A stretch of 64,000 nucleotides of DNA. Origin: Nitrospinaceae bacterium. Lineage in GTDB: Bacteria > UBA8248. The position numbers were made by a program, and so were the translations under genes. The notes under the pieces are model-generated. The model saw only the letters and a list, made by a program, of their open reading frames with translations. It ran no database searches and was not told the DNA's origin. Below, in pieces: positions 38,194 to 46,901 of this stretch. The stretch is taken from assembly GCA_018669005.1 (NCBI GenBank), contig JABJAL010000072.1, forward strand, positions 231,877 through 295,876, in the 5' to 3' direction. How positions within the stretch are numbered: position 1 is the stretch's first letter; every line of letters starts with the position of its first letter.

Positions 38194-39441
38194 GTGGGGC
38201 GTCCAATCGGAATTGATCTTTTTGCTGGGGCAGGAGGCTTAAGCCTAGGTTTCGAGCAGGCGGGGTTTAAAATTGCCGCTGCTGTCGATATTGACCCAAT
38301 TCATTGTGCAGCACATGAGTACAATTTCCCCAATTGTAAAACTATTTGCAAAGATGTCGCTGAATTGACGGGAGAAGAAATTCGAAAAATTTCTGGTGTC
38401 AAAGAAAAAAAAATAGATGTAGTTTTCGGAGGAGCGCCTTGTCAGGGTTTTTCGCTGATTGGTAAAAGAGCATTAAACGACCCGCGTAATCGTCTCGTTA
38501 ATCATTTTGTTCGATTGGTACTTGAGCTAGCCCCTTCTTATTTTCTATTTGAGAATGTCAAAGGATTAACAATCGGCAAGCATCGCCAATTTCTCGAAGA
38601 AATAATTTCAACGTTCGAAAAAAATGGTTATTCGGTTGAGGGTAATTATCGTGTGTTAAATGCATCTAATTACGGAGTGCCGCAGAAGAGAGAACGGTTA
38701 TTTCTATTCGGGTGTAGAAAAAATCTTAAAATTCCTATATATCCAAAAAAATTGAGCGAAATTTCAATCTCCGATGCGTTGGCAGATTTGCCAGAAGTTG
38801 AAAAATTTACAGAACTGCTTGATAGGGATTGGGTGGAGACAATTCTTGGAAGTCCATCAAAATATGCTGAAAAATTACGAGAAGCTGAATTTGCTTCTTG
38901 TAATTATGGATACAGTCGAAAATATAATCCCAATCTACTAACATCAAGCGCAAGAACAACTCATACGCCACTTTCTCGAAAACGATTTGCCGAAACGCCA
39001 CACGGAAAAACAGAACCAGTTAGTAGATTTTTCAAATTAGATCCGCAGGGTGTTTGTAATACCTTGCGGGCTGGGACGGCAAGTGATCGGGGAGCTTTCA
39101 CTTCTCCAAGACCTATCCATCCCTTTACTCCTCGATGTATTACAGTTCGCGAGGCAGCCCGAATACACAGCTACCCTGATTGGTTTCGATTTCATGTCAC
39201 CAAGTGGCATGGGTTTAGGCAGATTGGAAATTCGGTCCCACCTCTTTTGGCCCAAGCGGTCGCTATGGAAATTTTGAGGGCTCTTGAAAAAAAACCTTCA
39301 AAGCCCAAAAAAATTTTAAGGTTAGGCGATTCATTGTTGCTTAATTTGTCAATGTCGCAAGCGGCTTATTATTATGGCGTGTCTCCAAATGTGATTCCAA
39401 AACGTACCAGATCGGCCCGTCCAAAGGTGATTTGTGCCTAA
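38194..39441 (+). CDS. DNA (cytosine-5)-methyltransferase
   Basis: Motif I (IDLFAGAGGLSLGF), motif IV PC (GGAPCQGFS), motif VI ENV (ENVKGL), motif VIII and a C-terminal target-recognition domain. GTG start with AGGAGAG RBS; GC ~40%. Confidence 0.8.
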   Translation: MGRPIGIDLFAGAGGLSLGFEQAGFKIAAAVDIDPIHCAAHEYNFPNCKTICKDVAELTGEEIRKISGVKEKKIDVVFGGAPCQGFSLIGKRALNDPRNRLVNHFVRLVLELAPSYFLFENVKGLTIGKHRQFLEEIISTFEKNGYSVEGNYRVLNASNYGVPQKRERLFLFGCRKNLKIPIYPKKLSEISISDALADLPEVEKFTELLDRDWVETILGSPSKYAEKLREAEFASCNYGYSRKYNPNLLTSSARTTHTPLSRKRFAETPHGKTEPVSRFFKLDPQGVCNTLRAGTASDRGAFTSPRPIHPFTPRCITVREAARIHSYPDWFRFHVTKWHGFRQIGNSVPPLLAQAVAMEILRALEKKPSKPKKILRLGDSLLLNLSMSQAAYYYGVSPNVIPKRTRSARPKVICA

Positions 39442-40234
39442 AAAGCGAACTGGTCTTTATGATGTGATAATAGAGCAAATTTTCAAGAATCATTTCACGG
39501 CGGGTATTTCTTCATTCGATTTTGATAGGGACGAAATTGAAAAAGTTGCAGAGAAAATTGAAGCAAACCTTCCAAAAAATGTAGGCGATGTGGTTTATTC
39601 CTTTCGTTACCGTAGGGCACTTCCTAAATCTATTCAAGATACTGCATCGAATGATAATGAATGGGTCATCGAAGGAGCAGATAGAGCCAAATATACATTT
39701 AAATTGGTGAAAATTAATCGAATTGTACCCAACCAAAATTTAATTGCTATAAAAATTCCAGATGCAACTCCAGAAATAATTTCATCTTATGCGCTGTCAG
39801 ATGAGCAAGCCCTGTTGGCAAAGGTCAGATACAATAGATTAGTAGATATATTTTTGGGGCTAACAACATATTCTTTGCAGAATCATCTGAGAACTACTGT
39901 TAAAAGAGTTCAAATCGAGATAGACGAAATTTATGTCGGCATAGATCGAGAAGGATGCCACTACATAATACCTATTCAAGCGAAGGGAGGAAAAGATCAA
40001 CTTTCAGTGGTTCAAACAAAACAGGATATATCTTGTTGTACCGATAAGTTTCCAAATTTAATTTGCCGAGCACTATCAAGTCAATTTATGACAGAAAATC
40101 TTATTGCTATTTTCGAATTGACTGTGCAGGATGATCAGATAAGAATTGTTGATGAAAAACATTATCGATTAGTCCCTTCGGAGCAAATATCTTCAGAAGA
40201 TATGAAAGCATACAGGTCACACACTTCAGGGTAA
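39434..40234 (+). CDS. Hypothetical protein, candidate type II restriction endonuclease partner of the C5-MTase
   Basis: Overlaps the MTase by 8 nt, shares its low GC, and has a possible PD-(D/E)xK-like element (VGIDREG...IPIQAKGG). No family otherwise recognised. Confidence 0.35.
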   Translation: MPKKRTGLYDVIIEQIFKNHFTAGISSFDFDRDEIEKVAEKIEANLPKNVGDVVYSFRYRRALPKSIQDTASNDNEWVIEGADRAKYTFKLVKINRIVPNQNLIAIKIPDATPEIISSYALSDEQALLAKVRYNRLVDIFLGLTTYSLQNHLRTTVKRVQIEIDEIYVGIDREGCHYIIPIQAKGGKDQLSVVQTKQDISCCTDKFPNLICRALSSQFMTENLIAIFELTVQDDQIRIVDEKHYRLVPSEQISSEDMKAYRSHTSG

Positions 40235-40260
40235 ATATTTTTTCAACCAAGACCCCCATC

Positions 40261-40330
40261 TCACTTCCCCCATATGACCAAGAACACCCTAACAACCGAA
40301 ATCATCTCCCCCCAGACAACGCGGGGCGAC
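40261..40330 (-). pseudogene. 3' remnant of a fourth EamA/DMT transporter paralog
   Basis: Positions 40261-40330 are ~75% identical to the 3' end of the DMT gene at 41315 (ttacttcccccatacgacgagaaacacc...cagacgacgcggg), but the frame is broken. Lies at the right edge of the low-GC R-M island. Confidence 0.4.
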
Positions 40331-40396
40331 TAAGAATTCATGAAGAATCAATAATTTTGAAAGAGCGCAGGACTCATTTAAAAGCCCGCCCCGTCT

Positions 40397-41215
40397 TCAG
40401 GCTTGGGCCAGAACGAAATGGCGCAGTTTCTCGATGGCGTCTTTTGAGGCCTCTGTGTCCGGCTCGGTGAGGATGAACATGTGGGGCTGGCCCTCGTATT
40501 TGTGGAGGTCGATCGAGCCGCCGGCTGCGCGATAGCGCTCGGCGAAGATATCGGCGCGGGTATGCTCGACATTGGCGTCCTCGGTGCCCTGGATGATTAT
40601 CATTGGCGGCATGTGGGTCGCCTCGCCGCGATCAAGGACCATAAAAGGGTTGCCGGTTTCCATGTCCTCATCCGTGGGAAAATAGGCCTTGGTGGCGGCT
40701 ATCAGCCGCTCATTGCCCACTTTTTGTGCCATCTGGTAGCGCGCCAGCGGATCGAGTATCGACCAGCACGCGATAAAAAAAGCAATGCTGGCATCCACAT
40801 CAGCCAGGGAGGGGTCTGGTGCCATGTAGCGCGCATCATCAGGCGTGAGCGCCACCAGCCCCATCTGATTCCCGCCGCTTGATGCGCCCATCGCGCCGAT
40901 GATGCTTGGCGCCACCCCGAGTGCGCTGGCGTTCGCTTTGAACCAGCGCACGCCGTAATTGATGTCAATCACCGGTGCCGGGAATTGCGTCTCGCCCGAT
41001 AAGCGAAAATCCAGCGCGAACACGCCGATGCCGTTTTTTGCGAAATCCTGATGGATGACCTCGTTGCTAAGACGGCTGCCTCTGCCCCAGGCCCCGCCAT
41101 GCGCATCTATCACGAATGGGGCTGGTCCCTCGGGATGAGGCCGATACAGCCGGGCTTTCAACTCGGTGCCCTCGATAGTCCGGTAGGGAATGTCCTCGAC
41201 GACCGGGTTTGTCAC
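40397..41215 (-). CDS. Alpha/beta hydrolase (esterase/lipase, hydrolase fold-3-like)
   Basis: HGGAW oxyanion motif and a GxSxG-like nucleophile elbow (GAMGASSGG). Confidence 0.6.
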   Translation of the reverse strand: MTNPVVEDIPYRTIEGTELKARLYRPHPEGPAPFVIDAHGGAWGRGSRLSNEVIHQDFAKNGIGVFALDFRLSGETQFPAPVIDINYGVRWFKANASALGVAPSIIGAMGASSGGNQMGLVALTPDDARYMAPDPSLADVDASIAFFIACWSILDPLARYQMAQKVGNERLIAATKAYFPTDEDMETGNPFMVLDRGEATHMPPMIIIQGTEDANVEHTRADIFAERYRAAGGSIDLHKYEGQPHMFILTEPDTEASKDAIEKLRHFVLAQA

Positions 41216-41314
41216 GTTATTTCCTTTTCATGGCATTTGGTTGTTTTCATGGGTAATCAATTACAGGCTAATGGGCCGAGCAGGCGCTTGCAATGAGGAA
41301 GATATCGGCCCCAA

Positions 41315-42193
41315 TTACTTCCCCCATACGACGAGAAACACCCCGGCAACAGATAGCAGCCCGCCCCAGACGACGCGGGAGGTGATCTGTTCGAGTTGTC
41401 GGTAGAAAAGCCAGGAGGTGAAAATCATCAAGAGGACCGAGATGCGGGTGACGGGCACCACCTGCACGAGATCCCCGTGCTGGACGGCAGTCCAGAAGAA
41501 CAGGGCGGCCAGGGCGTTGAACACCGCCCCCACCACAATAAAGAGAACGGCCTGCCGCCCAAAGGATTTGGGTATTCCCTCGCCGGTAAAGGGCATGATG
41601 GCGATCATCGTCACGACCGAAAAAGTGTTGGAAATGCTCATGCCGAGCGTGGCCGAATCGATCCAGCCATATCCGTATTTGCGCAGCAGGTGGGAGAGCC
41701 CTTGTAGAAATGCCGCCACCACCGGGATGAGGTAGTAAGACATGGGGATTTTCTTGAGCTCAATTTCTCCTTTGTTGACCAGGAGAATTGAGCCAATCAT
41801 GATCGCCGCCGTTCCCGCGCCGATGGCCATGTTCAGATTCTCCCCCAGAAGGGCGATGGCCAGCCCCGTTGACCAGATGAGGCTTGTTTGAAGAATGATC
41901 GCCGTCCGGGCGAGGCCAAGCTCTTTCATTGATAAAAATTGAAGGTAGCGCCCGCCCACACCGTTTATGATTCCGATGCCCACGAACCAGGCAACCCCCT
42001 GAAGGGGCCAATGCTCCACCTGGCCTGAATAGAAATAATAACCCCAGATGAGGACCAGCGAGATTGAGCCCGAGATCAGAGCTGTTGTGTTTGCGCCGAA
42101 ATGGAGCAGTACGCTTCGGTAGAGTGTTCGCGCTATCGAGATGTTGACCGCGGATAAAAGTGCCAACAGGCTGGGGTGTATTGAATCGAGCAA
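41315..42193 (-). CDS. EamA/DMT superfamily transporter, tandem paralog 1 (292 aa)
   Basis: 10-TM DMT profile; ~70% identical to the next two genes. Confidence 0.6.
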   Translation of the reverse strand: MLDSIHPSLLALLSAVNISIARTLYRSVLLHFGANTTALISGSISLVLIWGYYFYSGQVEHWPLQGVAWFVGIGIINGVGGRYLQFLSMKELGLARTAIILQTSLIWSTGLAIALLGENLNMAIGAGTAAIMIGSILLVNKGEIELKKIPMSYYLIPVVAAFLQGLSHLLRKYGYGWIDSATLGMSISNTFSVVTMIAIMPFTGEGIPKSFGRQAVLFIVVGAVFNALAALFFWTAVQHGDLVQVVPVTRISVLLMIFTSWLFYRQLEQITSRVVWGGLLSVAGVFLVVWGK

Positions 42194-42291
42194 ATCGCCA
42201 CCAGAGAGGATAGAAACTAAAAAACTATTATTGCATGGAACGAAAAATAGAGCGATGAGGGGAGTCTGAATTTCTTAATTGGCGGGCGGCT

Positions 42292-43170
42292 TTATTTTCC
42301 CCAAACGATGAGGAACACCCCGGCAACGGAGAGCACCCCCCCGTAAACGACGCGGGCCGTGACGCTTTCTTGTTTTCGGAAAAAAAGCCATGAAGTGAAA
42401 ATCATCAAGAGGACCGAGATTCTGGTGATGGGGACGACCTGCACGAGTTCTCCCCGCCTGACAGCCGTCCAGAAAACTATCGCGGACATAAAGTTGAACA
42501 GCGCCCCTCCCACGATGCAGAGTATGGGCCGCCGCTCCAAGGTTTTTGGGATGCGCTCGTTCGTGAACGGCATGATGGCGAGCATCGTCATGACCGAAAC
42601 GGTGTTGGAGATACTCAGGCCGAAGGTGGCCGAATCAATCCATGCGTAACCGTATTTACGTAGCAGGTGAGATAGCCCGAGAAAAAACGCCGCCGCCAGC
42701 GGGATAAGATAGTAGGTGAGGGGAATCTTCTTAGGCTCCGAGCCTCCCTTTTTGACCAGGAGAATGGAGCCGATCATGATTGCGGCTGTTCCCGCGCCGA
42801 TAGCCAGGCTCAAGCGCTCGCCCAAAAGAATGATGGCCAGCCCCGTGGACCAGATGATGCTTGTCTGCATCAGGATCGATGTCCGGGCAAGGCCGATTTC
42901 TTTTATCGAATAAAAGCTGAGATAGCGACCGCCCAGACCACCCAATATCCCGACAACCATGAACAAGGCAATCCCCTGAAGGGGGTAGTTGTCCACCGTT
43001 CCCGTGTACAAATAAAAGCTCCATACGCAGACAAGCGTAATCGAGCCCGAGGCCAGAGCCGTCGTGCCGGCACCTAGGCGGAGCATCGCGCCCCGGTAGA
43101 GGGTCCGCGCCATAGAGATGTTGAACGCGGAGATCAGCGCCAACATGTTGGGATGAATGGTATCGAGCAA
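42292..43170 (-). CDS. EamA/DMT superfamily transporter, tandem paralog 2 (292 aa)
   Basis: Same length and conserved blocks as paralogs 1 and 3; a ~99-bp conserved spacer separates the copies. Confidence 0.6.
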   Translation of the reverse strand: MLDTIHPNMLALISAFNISMARTLYRGAMLRLGAGTTALASGSITLVCVWSFYLYTGTVDNYPLQGIALFMVVGILGGLGGRYLSFYSIKEIGLARTSILMQTSIIWSTGLAIILLGERLSLAIGAGTAAIMIGSILLVKKGGSEPKKIPLTYYLIPLAAAFFLGLSHLLRKYGYAWIDSATFGLSISNTVSVMTMLAIMPFTNERIPKTLERRPILCIVGGALFNFMSAIVFWTAVRRGELVQVVPITRISVLLMIFTSWLFFRKQESVTARVVYGGVLSVAGVFLIVWGK

Positions 43171-43269
43171 ATCGCCACCAGAGAGGAGAGAAACTAAAGA
43201 TCTATTATTGCATGTAACGAAAAACAGATCGATGAAGACTGTCAGGGTTTCTAGAAATGGCGGGCGGTT

Positions 43270-44148
43270 TTATTTTCCCCAAACGACGAGAAACACCCCG
43301 GCAACGGAGAGTACCCCCCCGTAAACGACGCGGGCGGTGACTCTTTCTTGTTTTCGAAAAAACAGCCAGGAAGTGAAAATCATCATGAGGACCGAGATCC
43401 GGGTGATGGGAACGACCTGCACGATTTCTCCTCGTTGTACGGCTGTCCAAAAGAACAGGGCGGACAAGGCGTTGAACACCGCCCCCGCCACAATGAAGAA
43501 AATAGGGCGCCACCCCCAAGTTTTGGGGATGCCCTCATTCGTGAAAGGCAAGATGGCGATCATCGTCATGACCGAAACGGTGTTGGAGATGCTCAGGCCG
43601 AAGGTGGCCGAATCAATCCAGTTGTAGCCGTATTTGCGGAGCAGGTGAGATAGGCCCAGCAAAAAAGCCGCCACCACGGGAATGAAGTAGTAGGAGAAAG
43701 GTACTTCTTTAAGCTCTGAGCCCCCTTTGTAGACCAGGAGAATGGAGCCAATCATGATTGCGGCTGTTCCCGCGCCGATAGTCAGGTTCACCTGCTCGCC
43801 CAGGAGGACGATGGCCAGCCCCGTGGACCAGATAATGCTCGTTTGCATCAGAACCGAGGTTCGGGCGAGGCCGAGCTCTTTCATCGAGAAAAAATTAAGG
43901 TAGCGCCCGCCCACGCCTCCCAGCATTCCGACGATGACGAACCAGGCAATCCCTTGAAGGGGCCAGCTGTCCACCGTGCCGGTATAAAAATAATAGCTCC
44001 AGATAAGGCCCAGCGAAATTATCCCTGAGGCCAGTGCCGTCGTGCCGGCACCGAGGCGAAGCAGGACGCTTCGATAGAACGTTCGCGCTATCGCGATGTT
44101 GAGCGCGGCTAACAGTGCCAACGCTGTGGGATGAAATGAATCGAGCAA
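43270..44148 (-). CDS. EamA/DMT superfamily transporter, tandem paralog 3 (292 aa)
   Basis: As above. Confidence 0.6.
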   Translation of the reverse strand: MLDSFHPTALALLAALNIAIARTFYRSVLLRLGAGTTALASGIISLGLIWSYYFYTGTVDSWPLQGIAWFVIVGMLGGVGGRYLNFFSMKELGLARTSVLMQTSIIWSTGLAIVLLGEQVNLTIGAGTAAIMIGSILLVYKGGSELKEVPFSYYFIPVVAAFLLGLSHLLRKYGYNWIDSATFGLSISNTVSVMTMIAILPFTNEGIPKTWGWRPIFFIVAGAVFNALSALFFWTAVQRGEIVQVVPITRISVLMMIFTSWLFFRKQERVTARVVYGGVLSVAGVFLVVWGK

Positions 44149-44401
44149 ATTGCCACCAGGGAATAAGGCAAGAAAAGAACGCGACGTCTATTATCGCACG
44201 GAATGCACTATAGGGCGATGGGCGCGCCGCACTTCCAGCTCTTTAAAAGGGCTCTACAGTTGCCTCCACCCGGTTTTCTTTACCCCGGATATGTTGGATA
44301 ATTCCCGCCTCTGTACACAATCGGACCTCCGGGCAGGGTTTGGGCCCGGTGCAATTTCCTTTTGTCTGATTCACGTCTTATTTTTAACAAGGAGAGTCAT
44401 A

Positions 44402-45415
44402 GTGATTATCGATCCCCACGCACACATTTCGCCCGAAAGTTTTATTGATGACGTTCGCAAAAAACGCTTCGGCAAGTCAGTAACGATCAGAAAGGGCAAG
44501 CCCTGGGAGTTTCTCGTCACGCGCACGAAGATCCTCGGCAAGGAGCGGGTCCACGTAAACCCGCTGCCCAAAGAAACCTACGATGTGAGTCTTCGCCTGA
44601 AGGGCATGAAGAAGCAGAACGTCGATATGCAGATTCTCTCGGTCGTGCCGCCGATGACCTACTACGCGCTCGACAAGGGGCTGAACAAAGAGCTCTCGGC
44701 CTCGCTCAACGAATCCTTGCTTAAAATCGTGGACGAGAATCCGGATAAATTCCGCTGCATGGCGCAGATTCCTCTCCAGGATCCCAAGGCGGCGGCCAAG
44801 GAGCTAGAGCGCGCGGTCAAAAAGGGCCACCTCGGCTGCCAGATTGGCTCGAACGTCGCGGGAACCAACCTTGATGACAAAAAGCTCGACCCCGTATGGC
44901 GTATGGCGCAAAAACTCGATGTGCCCATTTTCATCCATCCCACAGACGTGATGGGCGTGAATGATCGCCTCAAGGACTATTACTTGCGCAACTTCATCGG
45001 CAACCCGCTCGACACCACCATCGCGGCGGCCTGTCTCATCTTCGGCGGGGTGTTTGACCGCTTCCCGAAGGTTAAATTTCTGCTCTCCCACGTGGGTGGC
45101 TTCACCCCCTGGATCAGAGGCCGCTGGCAGCACGGCTACGGCGAGCGCCAGGAGCCCAAGGTCAACAAGGCCAAGGCACCCGAGAACTACTTCAAAAAGT
45201 TCTACTACGACACGATCATTCACAATGCCGATTCATTTGAGTTTGCCGTTAAGTCGCTGGGCGTGAACCGCATCCTCTACGGGACGGATTACCCGTTCGA
45301 CATGGGCAACCTGAGCCGGGCCGAGAAGATTCCGGGCCTCTCGCGTTTTTCGAAAAAAGATCAGCAGAAAATGCTCGTGGGCAACGTGAAGAAGCTCTAT
45401 AAACTAAAAGTGTGA
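44402..45415 (+). CDS. Amidohydrolase-2 family (PF04909-like; ACMSD/LigW-type metal-dependent hydrolase/decarboxylase)
   Basis: IDPHAHI N-terminal His pair, HVGG and GTDYP metal-site motifs. GTG start at 44402 with AAGGAGAG RBS; the ORF-track N-terminal extension is rejected. Confidence 0.65.
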   Translation: MIIDPHAHISPESFIDDVRKKRFGKSVTIRKGKPWEFLVTRTKILGKERVHVNPLPKETYDVSLRLKGMKKQNVDMQILSVVPPMTYYALDKGLNKELSASLNESLLKIVDENPDKFRCMAQIPLQDPKAAAKELERAVKKGHLGCQIGSNVAGTNLDDKKLDPVWRMAQKLDVPIFIHPTDVMGVNDRLKDYYLRNFIGNPLDTTIAAACLIFGGVFDRFPKVKFLLSHVGGFTPWIRGRWQHGYGERQEPKVNKAKAPENYFKKFYYDTIIHNADSFEFAVKSLGVNRILYGTDYPFDMGNLSRAEKIPGLSRFSKKDQQKMLVGNVKKLYKLKV

Positions 45416-45452
45416 ATTTTAAGACCAAAACGAACATTAAAAGGAGAATTAG

Positions 45453-46460
45453 ATGGCCATTGATCCACATACACATATTCTGCCGATGGGGTTTCTGGAC
45501 GACCTGCGCAAGGGCCGCCTCGGCAAGGCTGTAAGCATCGAGAAGGATGGCGATAATGAGTTCATGGCGTTCGAGGGCACCATCTTCGGCAAGGAGCGCC
45601 GCTGGCATAACAATCTCAAGCCGCCTTATTACGATGTGGACATCCGCCTCGGGGCGATGAAGAACATGGGGGTCGAGCGCCAGGTGCTCTCGGTCTCGCC
45701 CTTCATGACGCTCTATGCCCTCGACGCCGGGTTGAATAAAGAGCTTTCGGCCTCGATCAACGACGGTTTGACCGAGTTGGCAAACAAGTACCCCGATCAG
45801 CTCTCCTGCATGGCGCAGGTGCCGCTCCAGGATCCCGATGCCGCGGTGGCCGAGCTCGACCGGGCTGTGAAAAATGGCCACATCGGCGTGCAGATCGCAG
45901 CCAACGTCGCGGGGGAGAATCTCGACGCGCCAGAGCTCGATGTTTTCTGGGCCAAAGCGGTCGCGCTCGATATTCCGATTTTCATCCATCCCCAAGGCCA
46001 GGCGGCGGCCCCTGAGCGGCTCGGCGATTACTACATGAGAAACTTCATCGGCAACCCGCTCGACACGACCATTGCTGTCTCGTGCCTAATCTTCGGCGGG
46101 GTGCTCGACCGTTTCCCGGACATTAAATTCTATCTCTCCCACGTGGGTGGCTTCGTTCCCTGGATCAGAGGCCGCTGGCAGCACGGCTACGGCGAGCGCG
46201 ATGAGCCCAAGGTAAACGGCGCCAAAGATCCCGAACAGTATTTCGGCAAATTTTACTACGACACGATTATTCATAATGCCGATGCCTTCGTGTATGCCGT
46301 TGAAACGCTGGGAGCCGACCGCATTCTCTACGGGACGGACTATCCGGCCGATATGGGCTACCACCAGCCGGCCAAGGATATTCCTGGCCTCTCGCGGTTG
46401 TCAGCCGAGGATCAGGAGAAAATCCTCATCGGCAACGCGAAGAAGCTCTATAAGCTCTAG
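45453..46460 (+). CDS. Amidohydrolase-2 family protein, tandem paralog
   Basis: ~65% identical to the preceding gene (IDPHTHI, HVGGF.PWIRGRWQHGYGER, GTDYP). Confidence 0.65.
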   Translation: MAIDPHTHILPMGFLDDLRKGRLGKAVSIEKDGDNEFMAFEGTIFGKERRWHNNLKPPYYDVDIRLGAMKNMGVERQVLSVSPFMTLYALDAGLNKELSASINDGLTELANKYPDQLSCMAQVPLQDPDAAVAELDRAVKNGHIGVQIAANVAGENLDAPELDVFWAKAVALDIPIFIHPQGQAAAPERLGDYYMRNFIGNPLDTTIAVSCLIFGGVLDRFPDIKFYLSHVGGFVPWIRGRWQHGYGERDEPKVNGAKDPEQYFGKFYYDTIIHNADAFVYAVETLGADRILYGTDYPADMGYHQPAKDIPGLSRLSAEDQEKILIGNAKKLYKL

Positions 46461-46571
46461 CTCGCAATTTGGCGAAATAGCCCCGGTGGACAGCCGGGCC
46501 GGGGCTATGCAAGATCGGAGAATCAACGGAATTTTTTGAACTGCCATTTTCTCTTTTTGGGGGGAAGTCGC

Positions 46572-46856
46572 ATGGAGCCCAGGTACAAGGTAGGCGATGA
46601 GGTAGTTGTGCAGAACCGCTTTCCGCCCGGCCATATCCGCACCCCTGAGTTTGTCCGGGGCAAGGCGGGCCGCATCGCTCGTTATTTTGGCAAATTTCGT
46701 AATCCCGAAAAGCTGGCCTATGGCAAAGATGGTCTGCCGCTCTGCCCGCTCTATTGGGTCGAGTTCATGGTTAACGATGTGTGGGCCAATAAGCCAGGTA
46801 AGCAGCAGGACAAGATAGTGATTGAAATTTACGAACACTGGCTCGACCCGGCCTAG
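46572..46856 (+). CDS. Nitrile hydratase beta-subunit C-terminal-half homolog (SCNase alpha-like), ~94 aa
   Basis: YKVGDEVVV...GHIRTPEFVRGKAGRI...LYWVEF...DVW...IVIEIYEHWLD matches the C-terminal domain of NHase beta. GGGGGGAAG RBS. Confidence 0.5.
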   Translation: MEPRYKVGDEVVVQNRFPPGHIRTPEFVRGKAGRIARYFGKFRNPEKLAYGKDGLPLCPLYWVEFMVNDVWANKPGKQQDKIVIEIYEHWLDPA

Positions 46857-46901
46857 CGGGTTAGGGCCTTGGCGAAAACCGAAACCGATTCGAGGTGAGC
46901 C

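Noticed and set aside
44150-45415. 421-aa version of the first amidohydrolase-2 gene
   Set aside because: Homology to the tandem paralog, and the conserved IDPHAHI N-terminus with an AAGGAGAG RBS, indicate a GTG start at 44402.
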